DNA of 64,000 bases from Bugula neritina (GCA_964035545.1 OZ037766.1:1054001-1118000); one strand, 5' to 3'; shown: positions 1-13,262, counted from the stretch's first letter. Made by a program: numbers and translations. The notes: generated from the sequence alone by a model not told the origin.

Positions 1-496
1 AATGAGGGTGTGGTTAATGCCTTTTGTATGTGTTTAATTTTGATAAAAATTTGTAGAAAGAGTAAATCGAAAGAGATTATATAAAAAGAGTGTAGAGAGG
101 GTAGAAACTGAGTGCGATAATGGGGTTGAAGCTCCTATAGGCAGCCAAGAGAGAACACTGATACACTAACTCCAGGCTGTACAGGATACAGTAGATAATA
201 AACTTGATAAGTCGATACCAATTTACCTAGTGATCACTGGTAGGCATACGTGTGCATAATAGACAATAAATTGACACAGCTGTAACTTCAATATTTTTTC
301 TTGTTTTTATAAAGTTAAAAGCGGTGGGTTTGAAGATTTGCTCATAACTTGGAATATATATTTGATACTTGAATAATAATATTTTCTAGCAGCTACATAA
401 TAAAAAAACATATTACTTTTTTAAAAATACATCCACATATATAAAAGAAATGTATTTTTAATAGTGGATAATTTTATTAGGAAAAAATAATTGAGC

Positions 497-574
497 AACA
501 TTGTAAATTATTACTTTATTTATTTAAAAACAGGTTACCTTGTTTTTAAATAAATAAAGTAATAATACAATGTT
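497..574. repeat. AT-rich near-perfect inverted repeat (hairpin)
   Basis: 507-532 attattactttatttatttaaaaaca is the exact reverse complement of 541-566; outer aacattgt/acaatgtt arms. Confidence 0.85.
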
Positions 575-678
575 CTTTGTTTGTTTATAATAAGAAATAT
601 GGAAGAAGTAAGTTTAAAAATACATATCATAATTCAGGTGTAAAGAAATTCTGGTTGATAGTTGTTTGAAAATGTTCC

Positions 679-1034
679 TCATTTCTTCTGAAGTGTCAGA
701 AACCTATTTGCAATGCACAGGCTAAGTTGGAGTTGAGGGGGGGGGCTAACAAACTTGTATTTGATGATGTACTCTGGCCAAACTGAGGAGTCATTAAAAA
801 CTCCATACATTGTAGGATCGTTGACATCATCCACCACAGAATCATAGTGAATGTGTTCAGATTCTGATTTATAAGGAGCCTGTTTGAGACCTGTATGACC
901 TTGACAGTAATCTCCTGTGATAACTCTAGCCATAATCATATACTTCTCTCCATCCGGTCCCACTTCTCTGTTCCAGTTATTAGAATATTCAGATGTTGTA
1001 GCAAAGTAGCAGCAAGCTCCGAGCAAGTTTCCAC
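679..1034 (-). CDS. Terminal exon of paralogue A: C-terminal half of PARP catalytic domain
   Basis: cttag|GT GGA AAC acceptor in the same phase as exon 26311 of paralogue B; YFA, ARV, YDSV and PEY motifs. Confidence 0.9.
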
Positions 1035-3716
1035 CTAAGATTCAGAACAGAGAAAATCAAAGGGGCTAAAAATGGCTAAAAGACTGCACTCTTTAGACTG
1101 TAAGGTTTTAAGGCTTGCAGCAAGCATCACATTAAGGATAAAAAGAGTAATCTGTAACAACAGTTACAACATTCTTGAAAACACTCTAAGATTTAGACTA
1201 TTACCATATATACTGCCAACACTGAGTACCTAGATCTTGCCGTCAAGGGAACTTACTTACAACAGTAGTAATTTAACCAGTTAACAACTATAGATCAGAT
1301 GTTAGCGCTATTATACATTGTAACACTAGAACTGCCAGAAGTAGAAATAAATGCTCAAAGCAGCAACTACTCATTTGATTCAGAGTGTTGCAAACAAAAG
1401 ATTCTTAGCACTAATACAGTTCAAAAGGTTTAAAGAAAGATTGTCAGCCACTTGAGAGAGTTGGCATCCCGTAGAGTTTACTATAATATCAGCCTGTAAC
1501 AAAGTTCTAATAAATGATGAGCAGCTATATCATCAGCGAAAGCAACTAATCAGTTTAGCAGAACTATGAAATGAAAACTTGAAATTTTTTGTTGTTGTTT
1601 ACTGATATTTTGCTGACTGTTCTGAGATTTAACGTAAATACTATACTAAAAGTGTAATATAATGTAGTGTGGTAGATTTTGGGAGTTTTCATTACTATGT
1701 TCTGACAAGTTCTATTTTTATTTGCATTGTTGTTATAATTAAACACCGTCCCCATAAAGTACGAACCTTTGTTTTGGCCAGGTTTCCCTATAAACTGTAA
1801 AGTTGACATCGTGGTCAAGTTTGAAGCCATTGTCTATTCTCTCTGCTTTATTTGCTGTTTCAAAGGGCTTTTCAAATACCTAAAACAAACTAGGAATAAA
1901 AAGTTGTACGTCCTCCTTTAACGATAAACTTTGAAAACTTTGAAATTATGTAATATGTAGGCTCGCTTGAGTTTATAGCAAAATTCTCCATAAAGTTTTA
2001 GTAATTATTTAATTTTATTTTTTCAATCGTCACTTAGTTACATCCATTTGTTCAGCTAATCTATATTAATTATTTCATTTTGACTATTTATGAACTGAAA
2101 AAAACTAAAATAGAAACTAAGTAAATCGGGGCTATGTGAACATTTTTTGTCTAGTGCATTTATGAAAAACCTGGCAAAATTTACTGTGCATGCAGTGCTT
2201 AATTTATTATGTAAAGTAGGTTACATTTTAGGTTAGCATAAAAAGTTTAAAAATTTTTTTAGTATTTAGTATTAAGTTCACTAGCAAATAGCTTGCGCGG
2301 CAGCTATTTATTTAATCAAATTTAATTCTTAAATACAATGTATAGCGACTCCAAACGGTTAAGCTGCCCTATTAACAAAAGTTACAGAAGTATCGTGCAG
2401 TTTAGCCAAAAGCCATGGCCGCTATAAATACAAGCGTTACTGTTTGGATATTTATTAGGACTCATGTCTAATTGATCTGGGGATGCAGTAATTTGCAAAA
2501 GCAGATCTGTCAGGGTGAAGGATACATGAGCAAAGAACTAATTTCATAATGCCTATTCACAAATATTATAATATGTAGGCCTACTTCAAGTAGTTTTTCT
2601 GTAACATCTTTGTGAAATATAGGCCTATAGATTTTGATGTTTTTGAGGGAGCCTGTGGGGTAATTCTTTACATATTCTGTGATAGCCTTGGTAATTGTAT
2701 TTGCTACAACATCTTGGGGGAAGCCCTTGATGCCCATTCCAATTGCCGGCATAGCAATAGACTTGTATCCTTGTTGGACTGTCTTTTCCATGCAAAGTTT
2801 GATGGTGTCATACAGATTCTGTTAATTAGTATATACACGAGTGTTTCAAAAACAATTAAAATTCAGATCAAAATATTGATAAAAACCTTGATGTGAAGAA
2901 AATTGAGCATGAAAATATGAGTTTTTCACTGGTGTTCTAATATTCATTATCACTGAATATGTTAGAACCTTTAAAAGCTTGCAACATAAAAATACAAATA
3001 TTATTATTTTTGATTTAGCAGTATTAGACAAAACTTTAATCATTTACAGAGAAATGAGATTTAAGCAAATATTTTAATTTATCATTTGAACCTTATTTGA
3101 ACTGTGAATAGTTGCAAACCCTGATGGTCCTCTACCTTTTTACTTTGTTCAAGTGAATTCCAGGCTGGTACATTACAGTGGAATATCTTTTGACACATCA
3201 TTTTATAACCAAAAGTTTCAACAACAGCCCCTTCTTCCAAAGGTATTAAACTAGCAACAGCTTTGGCAAGCTCGGGACCAGCTCTGTCCGAAATGGCTCT
3301 TGCTAAAGGTGGCCCCAAAGAGATTTCCGGTCCAGTAGAGTTTACCACTACATCTTCCTGAATACAATATTTTAGCTAATTTATTCAAATTAAAAAATAT
3401 TTGTGATTTTCAAGTGTCTTTAAAAAAAGAAAGTGTAATGAGAATTTAGTAGCGGTTTTTCAGCATATCTAAAATAATTCAACAGCTTTTCATACACACA
3501 AGAAAACTTTGCAGTAGTAACACTAAGAAGTTTTTGCAATATCATCATGTCAATCATGCTATTTCTTCCATTTATAAATGTAGGGGGTGTATATAGGTTA
3601 AGGCACATGAATTTGCATACTTCTGAATCAGCGATATCTCCGACAACAGTCTCATACACCACTCCTTCATATGTTAGAACATATCTTCTATGCACCCTCG
3701 TACCACTTTGGGTTAG
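679..3716 (-). pseudogene. Macrodomain-PARP paralogue A (PARP14/15-like architecture), disrupted. Exons 3716-3621, 3357-3136, 2818-2585, 1879-1767, 1493-~1380 (decayed), 1034-679; 5' exon(s) not found
   Basis: GT-AG exons give macro 1 (GDIADSE/EDVVVNSTGPEIS...IFHCNVPAW/...SIAMPAIGMG). A second macro start (VYR-G-NLAKTK/ADIIVNSTG) is only readable with one extra G at 1786-1788. The last exon is a PARP C-terminal half (GACCYFA...ARVITGDY...YDSVVDD...WPEYII). No His-containing PARP exons were seen between 1035 and 1766. Confidence 0.8.
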
Positions 3717-3832
3717 CTGCAAAAATTGTATTGTAAGAAAAAGTGGGCCGATCCAAATAGAGTTTAAGTTGGTATTTGAAATAAAAACGGGGTTTTACCA
3801 AACTAGCTTAAATAAATTATTATACAGTGCAT

Positions 3833-4018
<186 letters not shown>

Positions 4019-7000
4019 TCTGTGTGACTGAGGAGAGTACTCCTGTACTAAGATTGAAGAGTAGTACTCAAGGCTAGAGCTACATGCTGTCTTGTGTATG
4101 ACATAGCATATAACTATCACGTGGTAACAGTGGGTTGAATCTGGATAAAGTGACACTTAAATATGTGCAAGTATCAATGCTAACTAGTTAAATCAATTTG
4201 AGTGTTGATCAACAGTTTAACAAGTTTTGCTTTTCAGCAGGAATGTATGAAGTTGTACATTCTATGAGTAGCTATAGTAGTTGAAGTCCATTAGTTGGGC
4301 GTTAATAAAGCGTAGAATTGAGCACATTCCTAGCAATCAATAAATAATTTCTCAAGTTCAAAGAATGACAAAGAAATACTTGTGCTTAGAGTGACATATT
4401 GCGTAGTTTTGTATAGCATATCAAATAGCTATTGTGTGTTAACAAGGAATTACAAGCAGTGGCACTTGAATATGCACAAAACTGGTTTTTAGTTGGAGCT
4501 TTGATAAAAGAGTCTCTGCTTGCTTGAAGTTTCATAACGTATCAGTAAATATTTGAGAAAAGATGGGCTTTAGTTATTAAAGCTTAGAGTTGGTTAATAA
4601 AGTTTTTATACAGGGTCACAAAATTGAAATTTATGTAACATTGCAGCACCACACACCTGCTAGCAGCTGTCACATTAACGCTGTGTGACTTCAGTGATAT
4701 AGGGGTAAGTATTTTTCTTATTAAAGTGAGATTTCCACTTAATCATAATAACATTGAACTATGGAGTAAAGAATATCTTTTTAAATAATAATTTGTATTA
4801 TAACTTAATGTGTTTATATCCCTCCCCCCCCCCAGGTAAACAAGCAAAAGAGAAATCTTAGACATCTGACAAGAAGGGAGCTTCAGTCAGTGATTCTAAA
4901 AGACTGAATATTCATATTTTCTCTGACTCATACGATATAGTTGTTCCAAGTGTTGCTCTACTCTCAGATGATCAGTGAGTAGTGATTCTCTTCAGTTCAA
5001 CATATTCACAGTGACATCAGTGTTTCACTTTGGTGTTAAGATGTAGATATTTTCGTGACTTGGGTTTATAATTTATAGTTTTATGCACGGCATTTCATAC
5101 ATAATATTTATTGCAACAAAATTCTTTTAATTTATTCTTTATTTTAAAAAACCCATTGTTATATTATAAACTTTATATTGTCATTCTGTAATTGTGATAA
5201 ATGTTAGACTATTTAAAGTTGCTGTATTATAGCATTGTTGTTATACAAGTTTTAAAAGAAAAAAGCTATGTGTACATATTGTTTGTCCACTCTTGCTTTA
5301 CAGCTCAACCTAACCTTAATAAAGCTTATTAACTTAATACTACAGAAGTGTAATACCAGCTACATGTGCAGTTTATTACATAATAATATAATATATATTT
5401 ACAGACTTTAACCTGATACACTTTATGAGACATTATATTGAAACTCTCCTGACACACAACTCTGTAGATTATATGTGAGTATTTGACTGTATATTGAAAT
5501 AGTTTATAGTTTGTGTAGAAGTAGTTTTATCTGTCTGTATATATTATTCATTTGTTTATTTGTAGCAGCACCCACCTATAGTGAGAGCACCCACCTCAAG
5601 ACAGCACCCACTTTGCAGCAGCACCAAGCCTTGCAAAGTCTCACTACCACTAGCACCTGTCATACAGTGTAATACTATATAGAAGTAAGTGCATCTTTTT
5701 AACTTATCTTCTACTAAGTGTTTATAAGCTATATGCATCTTTTTTCTACAATAATCTTTGCGATATCTTGATTCAAGGTGGCTCTTTTTCTCATAATATT
5801 TGCCGTGTTTTTGATGAAAAAAATATCCAGTTTTATGTAAAGAGAAAAATTCAGCAGTGAAGTCAATAGCTTTGCTGCTTGACAACAATGTACTTTGATT
5901 TTACAATGTGGAGCAAATTTAATACTAAAATACTGCAAACTAAATTTTATAGAATTTATAACTATTAAAGGCTATAACTCTTAAAATTATATTACAATGC
6001 AAATATTAAGAAATTTATATTTAAACTTTTTTTTACATAATTACTATTACTGTTATTTCTGTTAGAAAGAAGTTACTTTATACTTTATACAGTTGAAGTA
6101 ATAAGTTCACAGGATGTCTATTCGCATCTTATACTTCAATTTATTTATTTGCAATCTTGTTTGAAGAAAAAATCTATTTTTTAAAATAGTGAGATTTTTA
6201 CTAAATGTAGTGGTCATGGTTAGGAAATTCACAGTTTCCATTGTGCTGGGTATTCTCTATACATTTACCTAATGACACTGGTTATAGTTGTGTGAAATTG
6301 TTTATTAAAACTCTCTCTGGTTCTTGCATAGTTTGACTTATCACTTGTGACACACATCCTACCAAATACCAAATTCCAATTAAATACACAATTTATTGTA
6401 TCCACTAATAACAATCACAATGATTAACTTAAATGTTTTCAGCAGTGAGCAGTTTTTGTGTTCAGGTTTTCCCAGATCTATTTAGGCTACTCCTGTTTTA
6501 TTTATAGAAATGAAAAGTTATTGCAAATCATTTTTAATAAATTGATATCAATATATAACAAGTCATTTTCTTTTGTACTTACTAAACAAAATAAACATAA
6601 AAAAACTATTTTTGTAGATAATGAGACATTAATGGCTGGTAATTAGCAGAAACTGGTCGCAGACATTTGGAAAATCATTTCAATCACAAAAGAATGGTAA
6701 AAATACATTCGCACAATTGATTTCCTTACAAGACATAGCAACATTTCTTTCAAATTCTATAACGATTGCACAAGTTATTAATTTATTCAGACTATTCAGC
6801 CATGGACAAACTAGTTTTTGTGACCGTGTGCAAGCTATAGTTGTACGTTTATATAGGTGTGTGTATGCGTGTGCGTGTGTGTCCATAATACTATTCCAGT
6901 AATGAAACATCTTGTTTAAAGGGTTAGAGTTTGTAGGCAAATTTTAATAAATGAATACTCTATTTTGCATATAATTATAGTGTTAATGCTACAGATTTTA

Positions 7001-7191
7001 TTATTATTTGTCATACAGCAATGTCTTTTAATTTATTTTAAATATTTATCATTGTGTTTTGTACTTTGCATAAGGAACAGCTAATAACATTAAATGGCTC
7101 TTTTATATATATTCTAATTTTAGTAAGCAATAAGCAATTCCAAGTTTAGATTTATTAGTTTGGTAAACCCTGATTCTTCTTACAAATTCAG

Positions 7192-10100
7192 GAGTGCAAG
7201 AGACACTCAGTGTTGCTGTGTGATAGAGTACATTATGATGTCATGATTGGAGATATTGCTAACTCTCAGGTATGTTGACATGTGTTCTGTTTATGGCCAT
7301 ATACTACAAAGTATTCTGTTTGTAACTAAATACTGCAAAGTGTTTTAAATGTGAGCATATTATAGTTATGCAATCTGAAAATGCCACTGTACGATATTAG
7401 ATAGAATTTAAAAAGTTAAGATAAGGAACCCCACTTTAGAGACCTGAGTGTCTTATTAAAAAAGTGAGTCACAAAATTTTTAACATAGTTGAAATAAATA
7501 AGTTTTTTAGACAACCAAGCATAAATTACCGACACTCTCATTTTTGCTTTATTTGTCTTAGTAAGTAAGTAAGTAAGTTTGTTTTTGAAGCGCCACGGTA
7601 GAGTTCAGGACATCTTTACACTCACAACACTATAAATTCTACGAAATTATTCATAAATTGCAATTGTTCTTAATAATTACCCTGCAGTTAATATTATTTA
7701 TTTTAGGAAGATGTGGTCGTGAGCTCCACTGGCCCTGAGATTTCCCAAAAAGCGCCTCTGACGAAGGCTATCTTTAAGAAGGCAGGTCCTGGTTTAGCTG
7801 CAGCTGTTGATAGCATTATACCTCTAGCAGAAGGAGATGTGGTTGAAACAGAGAGCTTTAACATGGGGTGTAAAGAGATATTCCACTGTAATGTTGCTTA
7901 TTGGAATTCGATTTCACAAGATAATGGGGTATAGAAAAATATAAAGCTTCTTTATAATATTATCATGTTTGCAAAAAGTGGTTTGCTCGAATATAAAAAA
8001 TGTAAGTATAGAACTGAAAAACTGATCTATGCTGATGCAATATGCAATCACTGTGTATAGAATTGTTCTTATAACAGCTCTCTCACTCGCATTTAACTTT
8101 TACATCCCGATACAAAAACTGAACTTATTGACAAATCGCATGAAATATTTAAAAACTGCTTTAGTCTGCATATAATTATATGATAATGCATGTATTGAAT
8201 GAATTTTACCAGCAAAGCTATATACAAATATTTTAATTTTTCAGTCTTCTGCATGATTTATTTAACCAACTATAGGAGCTGAAAGACATTGTCAAGTTAT
8301 GTCTGAAAAAGGCCTCAGCAAAGCAATACAAGTCTATTGCATTGCCAGCCATTGGTATGGGGAAGAAAAGATACCCACCAGAAGTCGTAGCTAAGAGTAT
8401 GACTGAAGCTATCACTGAGTATGTAGAGAATTATTCTAACAGCTCTCTCACTCACATCAAACTCTACATCTTTCCTGCAGATGACACGATATTATTGCGT
8501 GAGGTAGGTTGCAGTATATCCTTCGATGTTTCATTAAGTTATGTTGCAACATAGAATTTTATGTTATAATGTAATAAACCTGCTACTTATGCGTATTGAG
8601 GATTAATTCAACTTATTAACTAATATATATCTAATATGTTGTTTGTCACACTTTCTTTACATAAAAACCAAGTTATATACACTGGTTCTGCATTTTAACA
8701 AAGATTTACCCGAAAGAAACTTTTGCAAAGCATGAAGTTTGATTCAAAACTGCTAATATAAGCAGCAATAGCTGCTGCAAGGGTTCTTACTTAAGTATGA
8801 AATATAACTTAAAACACTCAGCTGGCTTGTGATTTAGGTAATATTGGTACCTACTTTTCCTTTAGGTGGTAGAAGATATTATTACTTCAAAACTTCTGAG
8901 TGAAGCTGAAAATCAAAATTTTGAGAAATGTGAGATTCAACCAACTGGTGTTGAAGCTGAAAATTATCCAGCTGAAATTAAATGCTTTCCGGCAGCTTCC
9001 CCGCCTTTCAAAGAGAACACTCTAAACTGCAGCGACAAAATTACTTTGGCGCCAATTGAGCTTGAAGGTGACAAGGTGATTATTTAAAAGTACAGTTTTT
9101 GATGTATTTATATTTATTCTTATAATGTGTGTGCGTGTGCGTGTGCGTGTGCGTGTGCGTGTGCGTGTGCGTGTGCGTGTGTGTGTTATTAATATTATCA
9201 CTATTATTATTATGTTATAAAACACAGCGCAGTTCAGTTATTATTGTTATGGCTGCATTTGATGCTTTTGTGCTAGCTTGCTTAAGCCTGGCTCTGTTTT
9301 TGGCAACAGGCCCATCTTAAGTCACTCTGCAGGTTAAGGCAGTGTCTCTTCACTTTGAATTGATGAGAATTATACCTCACACTGATAGGTGGTGTTGGAT
9401 GACAACAAAACTCTGCTTTGTCAGCTATGTGTGTGGGTTGCTTTTTGAATAATTTTAAGTAAAACTGGCGGATGCAAAGATGTCACAGGTAATAATGGCA
9501 CAAATGGAAAAGTAGGTAAAAATGGCACTCTGATGTTAAATTTTCCTAAACTCAACCCCAAACCCTCAACCCCAAACCCCCAACCCTTGGACTACAAATT
9601 CCCACCTCCTAACTCAAACCTCTACCCCTAAACTCCATTTTTCAAAAAAAATTTCTGGGCATCTCTTTGAACTCTCAATGGAGTTTCAATAATATTTCTC
9701 TGAGCTACCCCCTCAAAAACAAAGAGCTAGATTTTTAACTTGACATGTGACCCAGCGGAACGTTTTGTTGAAAATATTTCAGAGGATTAATTACCTAAAA
9801 ATTTTAATGAGTTGGTTTACAATTCAGCAAAGAAGAGTGATTTGAAATATCTTCCAATTGATGTATTGTGGGCGGTGTCCAGTAAAAATGGCACAGGTAA
9901 TAAAGGCACAAGTGAAAAATTAGGTAAAAATGGCACATTTTCAATATTAGGATGGAAGATTTGCATGGTTTGGAGGTTTGGGTTTGGGGAAAATTTCAAC
10001 ACTTAAAATTGGAACAGGTTCTTGTCTTATAAAAGTTGATTGAGTGTGGGGAAAGACACCATATTTTTGAAAGAGGCGCCACCACTTTAGTGTAACTTTG

Positions 10101-13100
10101 ATAGCATTGATGCTGCTATGAAAAGCAATGAAATAATGATTGCGCTCTTGCATTTTTAGGTTCAGATTATTTAGTGTAGCATATATATTTACAAGGTATG
10201 TAGTATACAGTTTATGGAGATTGACTAGTATGCCTGCTAAAAGTTGACCTGTTGAGTTTTGCAAATTTTTTGACCATCATTCAAAGTAGCACAGAAAACA
10301 GTTAGGGTAGAGTAATTATTAAACACATTCATGTTAAAGTAGACAAGGATTGCAGAATATTATAGTTTGGTTAAATAATGAACTAAGATGAAGTTTTATA
10401 GATATATACATATACATGTAACTTGCAAAAGCTTGAAAAGCCTTCATCAAAATTTGGGAATTTTTCAAATGTCAATTTCCGGCTTAAAATGTCTAAATTC
10501 CCTTCTAGGCGGAATTCCCCTCAGGTTAGGAACCACTGCTTAAAGATTTTAAAACATGAGTGTAAATATAGACAACATAAATTCAGTTGTGAATAAAAAG
10601 AGTATCAAGTTATCTGGTTACTTTCTTAACTTTTGCTTATTTATCTACTAATGACATTATTTATAAATGGTGCTGGTTAAAGGAAGTTGAGACAATAACA
10701 GGTCAACGAAAAGAAGTTGGACCAGTTAAAACTAATTTATCAGAAGGCAGACTTGTGGTTGGTAAGTCAAGTAAAGATATATTATTGATTTCAGTGCTAG
10801 CATATTATATAATTTGGGGTTTGTCATAATTGCAAGGGTTATATAAGCTTACTTATAGTCTACACATTGTTGCTTTAAAAACAGCTTGGGCTGTGGGTCT
10901 ACACTTTTACTTAACCACAAGACTGGCCCCTAATAATAATTTAGTAGAAGTTATAACTCCTCCAAGCTTTCTTTAGATAATGTTGGTTGAGTTTGGGAAA
11001 AGTAAAGGTTTGATGTCAATACTTGAATGGCACTCCATATAGCCTAACTTTCGTTTTTGGCATTCATTAAATTGGGGTTCCACATGAATCACACTCTATT
11101 CCGTTTCTCTTTCCCATATTTCTCTCTCCCCCCCCCTCTCTCTCTCTCTCTCTCTCAAAAATTATACTGATTTCATAAATTAGAGTTGACAAAAAATAGA
11201 TATCCAAATATAGAAACAGCATGGATTAGTGAAACTAAGTGAGAGTTCAGTAGCCTGGAGCCTATTGAAATAGTGTTAGTGGTATGGAGTAATTTTGTTT
11301 ATTAAGTTGCGGTTTTATTTGTTTAATGTAGAGAGCTTTGGCTACTTTTTGATGGTGGATTTCTTTAAATGACTGATTTAGAACTGTTACATAGTCTATT
11401 GATTTGCTTCCGTGGTTAGTGGTGGAGATATGTTGATAAATTTTGGAAATGATGTCATGGCAATGTTCATGTATCCTGTGTGATTGCAAAAATACTCAAA
11501 TTAAAATAAGGAAATGTTATAGAGAAGCTACAAATGAGACATATAATTTCTAACATATAAGCACTGCATCATACCAACTTGCGAGATACTTGGCCAAAAT
11601 GCTAAAACCACTTAGTGAATCTGAATGTAATATCGAATCAACTGATATTTTTCTTACATATATACGACAACTTCATATTCCAGCAAACCATCAACTGATA
11701 TCATTTGATGTTGTTTCCCTCTTTACTTCTGTACCACTTGACTACACGATTTCAGCAATCATAAATGATATTTATGAGAAACAACAAATCCAAACAACTA
11801 TACCAAAGAAGAAAATGATAAACTTACTCAACCTTTGCACAAAACAAGTTCACTTTACTTTCAACGACATCATTTATACACAAACAGATGGTGTTGCTAT
11901 GGGGTCTCCTCTGGGACCAATAATTGCCAATATATTCATGACAAAACTGGAACAAAAAGAAATACTAAAATTGAATTCAATGTCACCTTGGCTAAGATAC
12001 ATAGATGATACATTTGCAACAATAGACCCTGATTATAATAACACAACACTCAACACACTTAATAATTTTCATCCTAACATAAAATTTACACACGAACTAG
12101 AAACCAATAAATAACTTTCCTTCCTGGATGTTACAGTTTTGCAACACATAATGGTACATATTTACATTGGAACTCTTTTTCACTTAAAACGTGGAAGCTA
12201 AGCACACTAAAGTCACTAGTATTAAGGGCTAATAAAATCTGTTCTACTCCAGCACTTAAGACACAAGAACTGAACTATATTCAATATGTTTTTGAACATA
12301 AAAATGGTTACCCTAAACATGTAATAGAGAAAACGATTACCAACATTGGTGACAGACTACTCAGTGAAAAAGACAACAGGAAACACATGTTAACGTACTT
12401 CAACTAATCCATTCCCTCAATAAATTAATTGCAGACTCTTTTCAAAATGAACTCAATGCCCGAATATTATTTAAAGGAACCCCGTTAAGTTCACAGTTTA
12501 ATCTCAAAGGTAAAACCAATAAAGAACGCATACACAACCTAGTTTACAAAAAACCTGCCCTGAACTTTCATGTCAATAAACATACGTAGGCAAAATTGGA
12601 CGTCGCCTATCACACAGGATACATGAACATTGCCATGACATCATTTCCAAAATTTATCAACATATCTCCACCACTAACAACGGAAGCATATCAATAGACA
12701 ATGTAACAGTTCTAAATCAGTCATTTAAAGGAATCCACCATCGAAAAGTAGCCAAAGCTCCCTACATTAAACAAATAAAACCGCAACTTAATAAACAAAA
12801 TTACTCCATACCACTAAAACTATACCAAAAAGCTCCAGGATACTCAACTCTCACATAGTTTCACTATTCCATGCTGTTTTTATATTTGGATATCTATTTT
12901 TTGTCAACTCCAATTAATTTTTATACAAAGAAACCAGTATAATTTTTGACTTGCATAATGTATAAAATAAGATTATCTCTTTCAGTTTCAATAATTTATA
13001 TTAACTGCTACTCTCTATTCTTTGTGTCATGCATAGTGTTTAACGTAACGTAATAATTTTTAAATTTCGATCATTCATTATGCTACTCTGAAGATAGGCA

Positions 13101-13210
13101 CAGTGGTGCCCGAAATATCAGTATAATTACTTTGCCTAATAAAGTAGTAGATAAACAATGTTTCTCGTATATTTATTTATAATCAAATTGCTAGCTCGTA
13201 AAGAAATATT

Positions 13211-13262
<52 letters not shown>

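Larger units (their letters stand above)
11155..13212 (+). mobile_element. Penelope-like retroelement (5'-truncated, decayed): RT + GIY-YIG endonuclease, preceded by an inverted copy of its 3' part
   Basis: RT motifs [54 protein letters not shown] remnant at ~12540-12630 (VYK..C..C..YVG..GRRL..RIHEH). 11155-11484 is the reverse complement of ~12609-12949. Confidence 0.92.

Noticed and set aside
1564-1830. 88-aa ORF as an independent gene or the missing PARP exon
   Set aside because: Off-frame overlap of the frameshifted macro-2 exon running into intron; no PARP motifs
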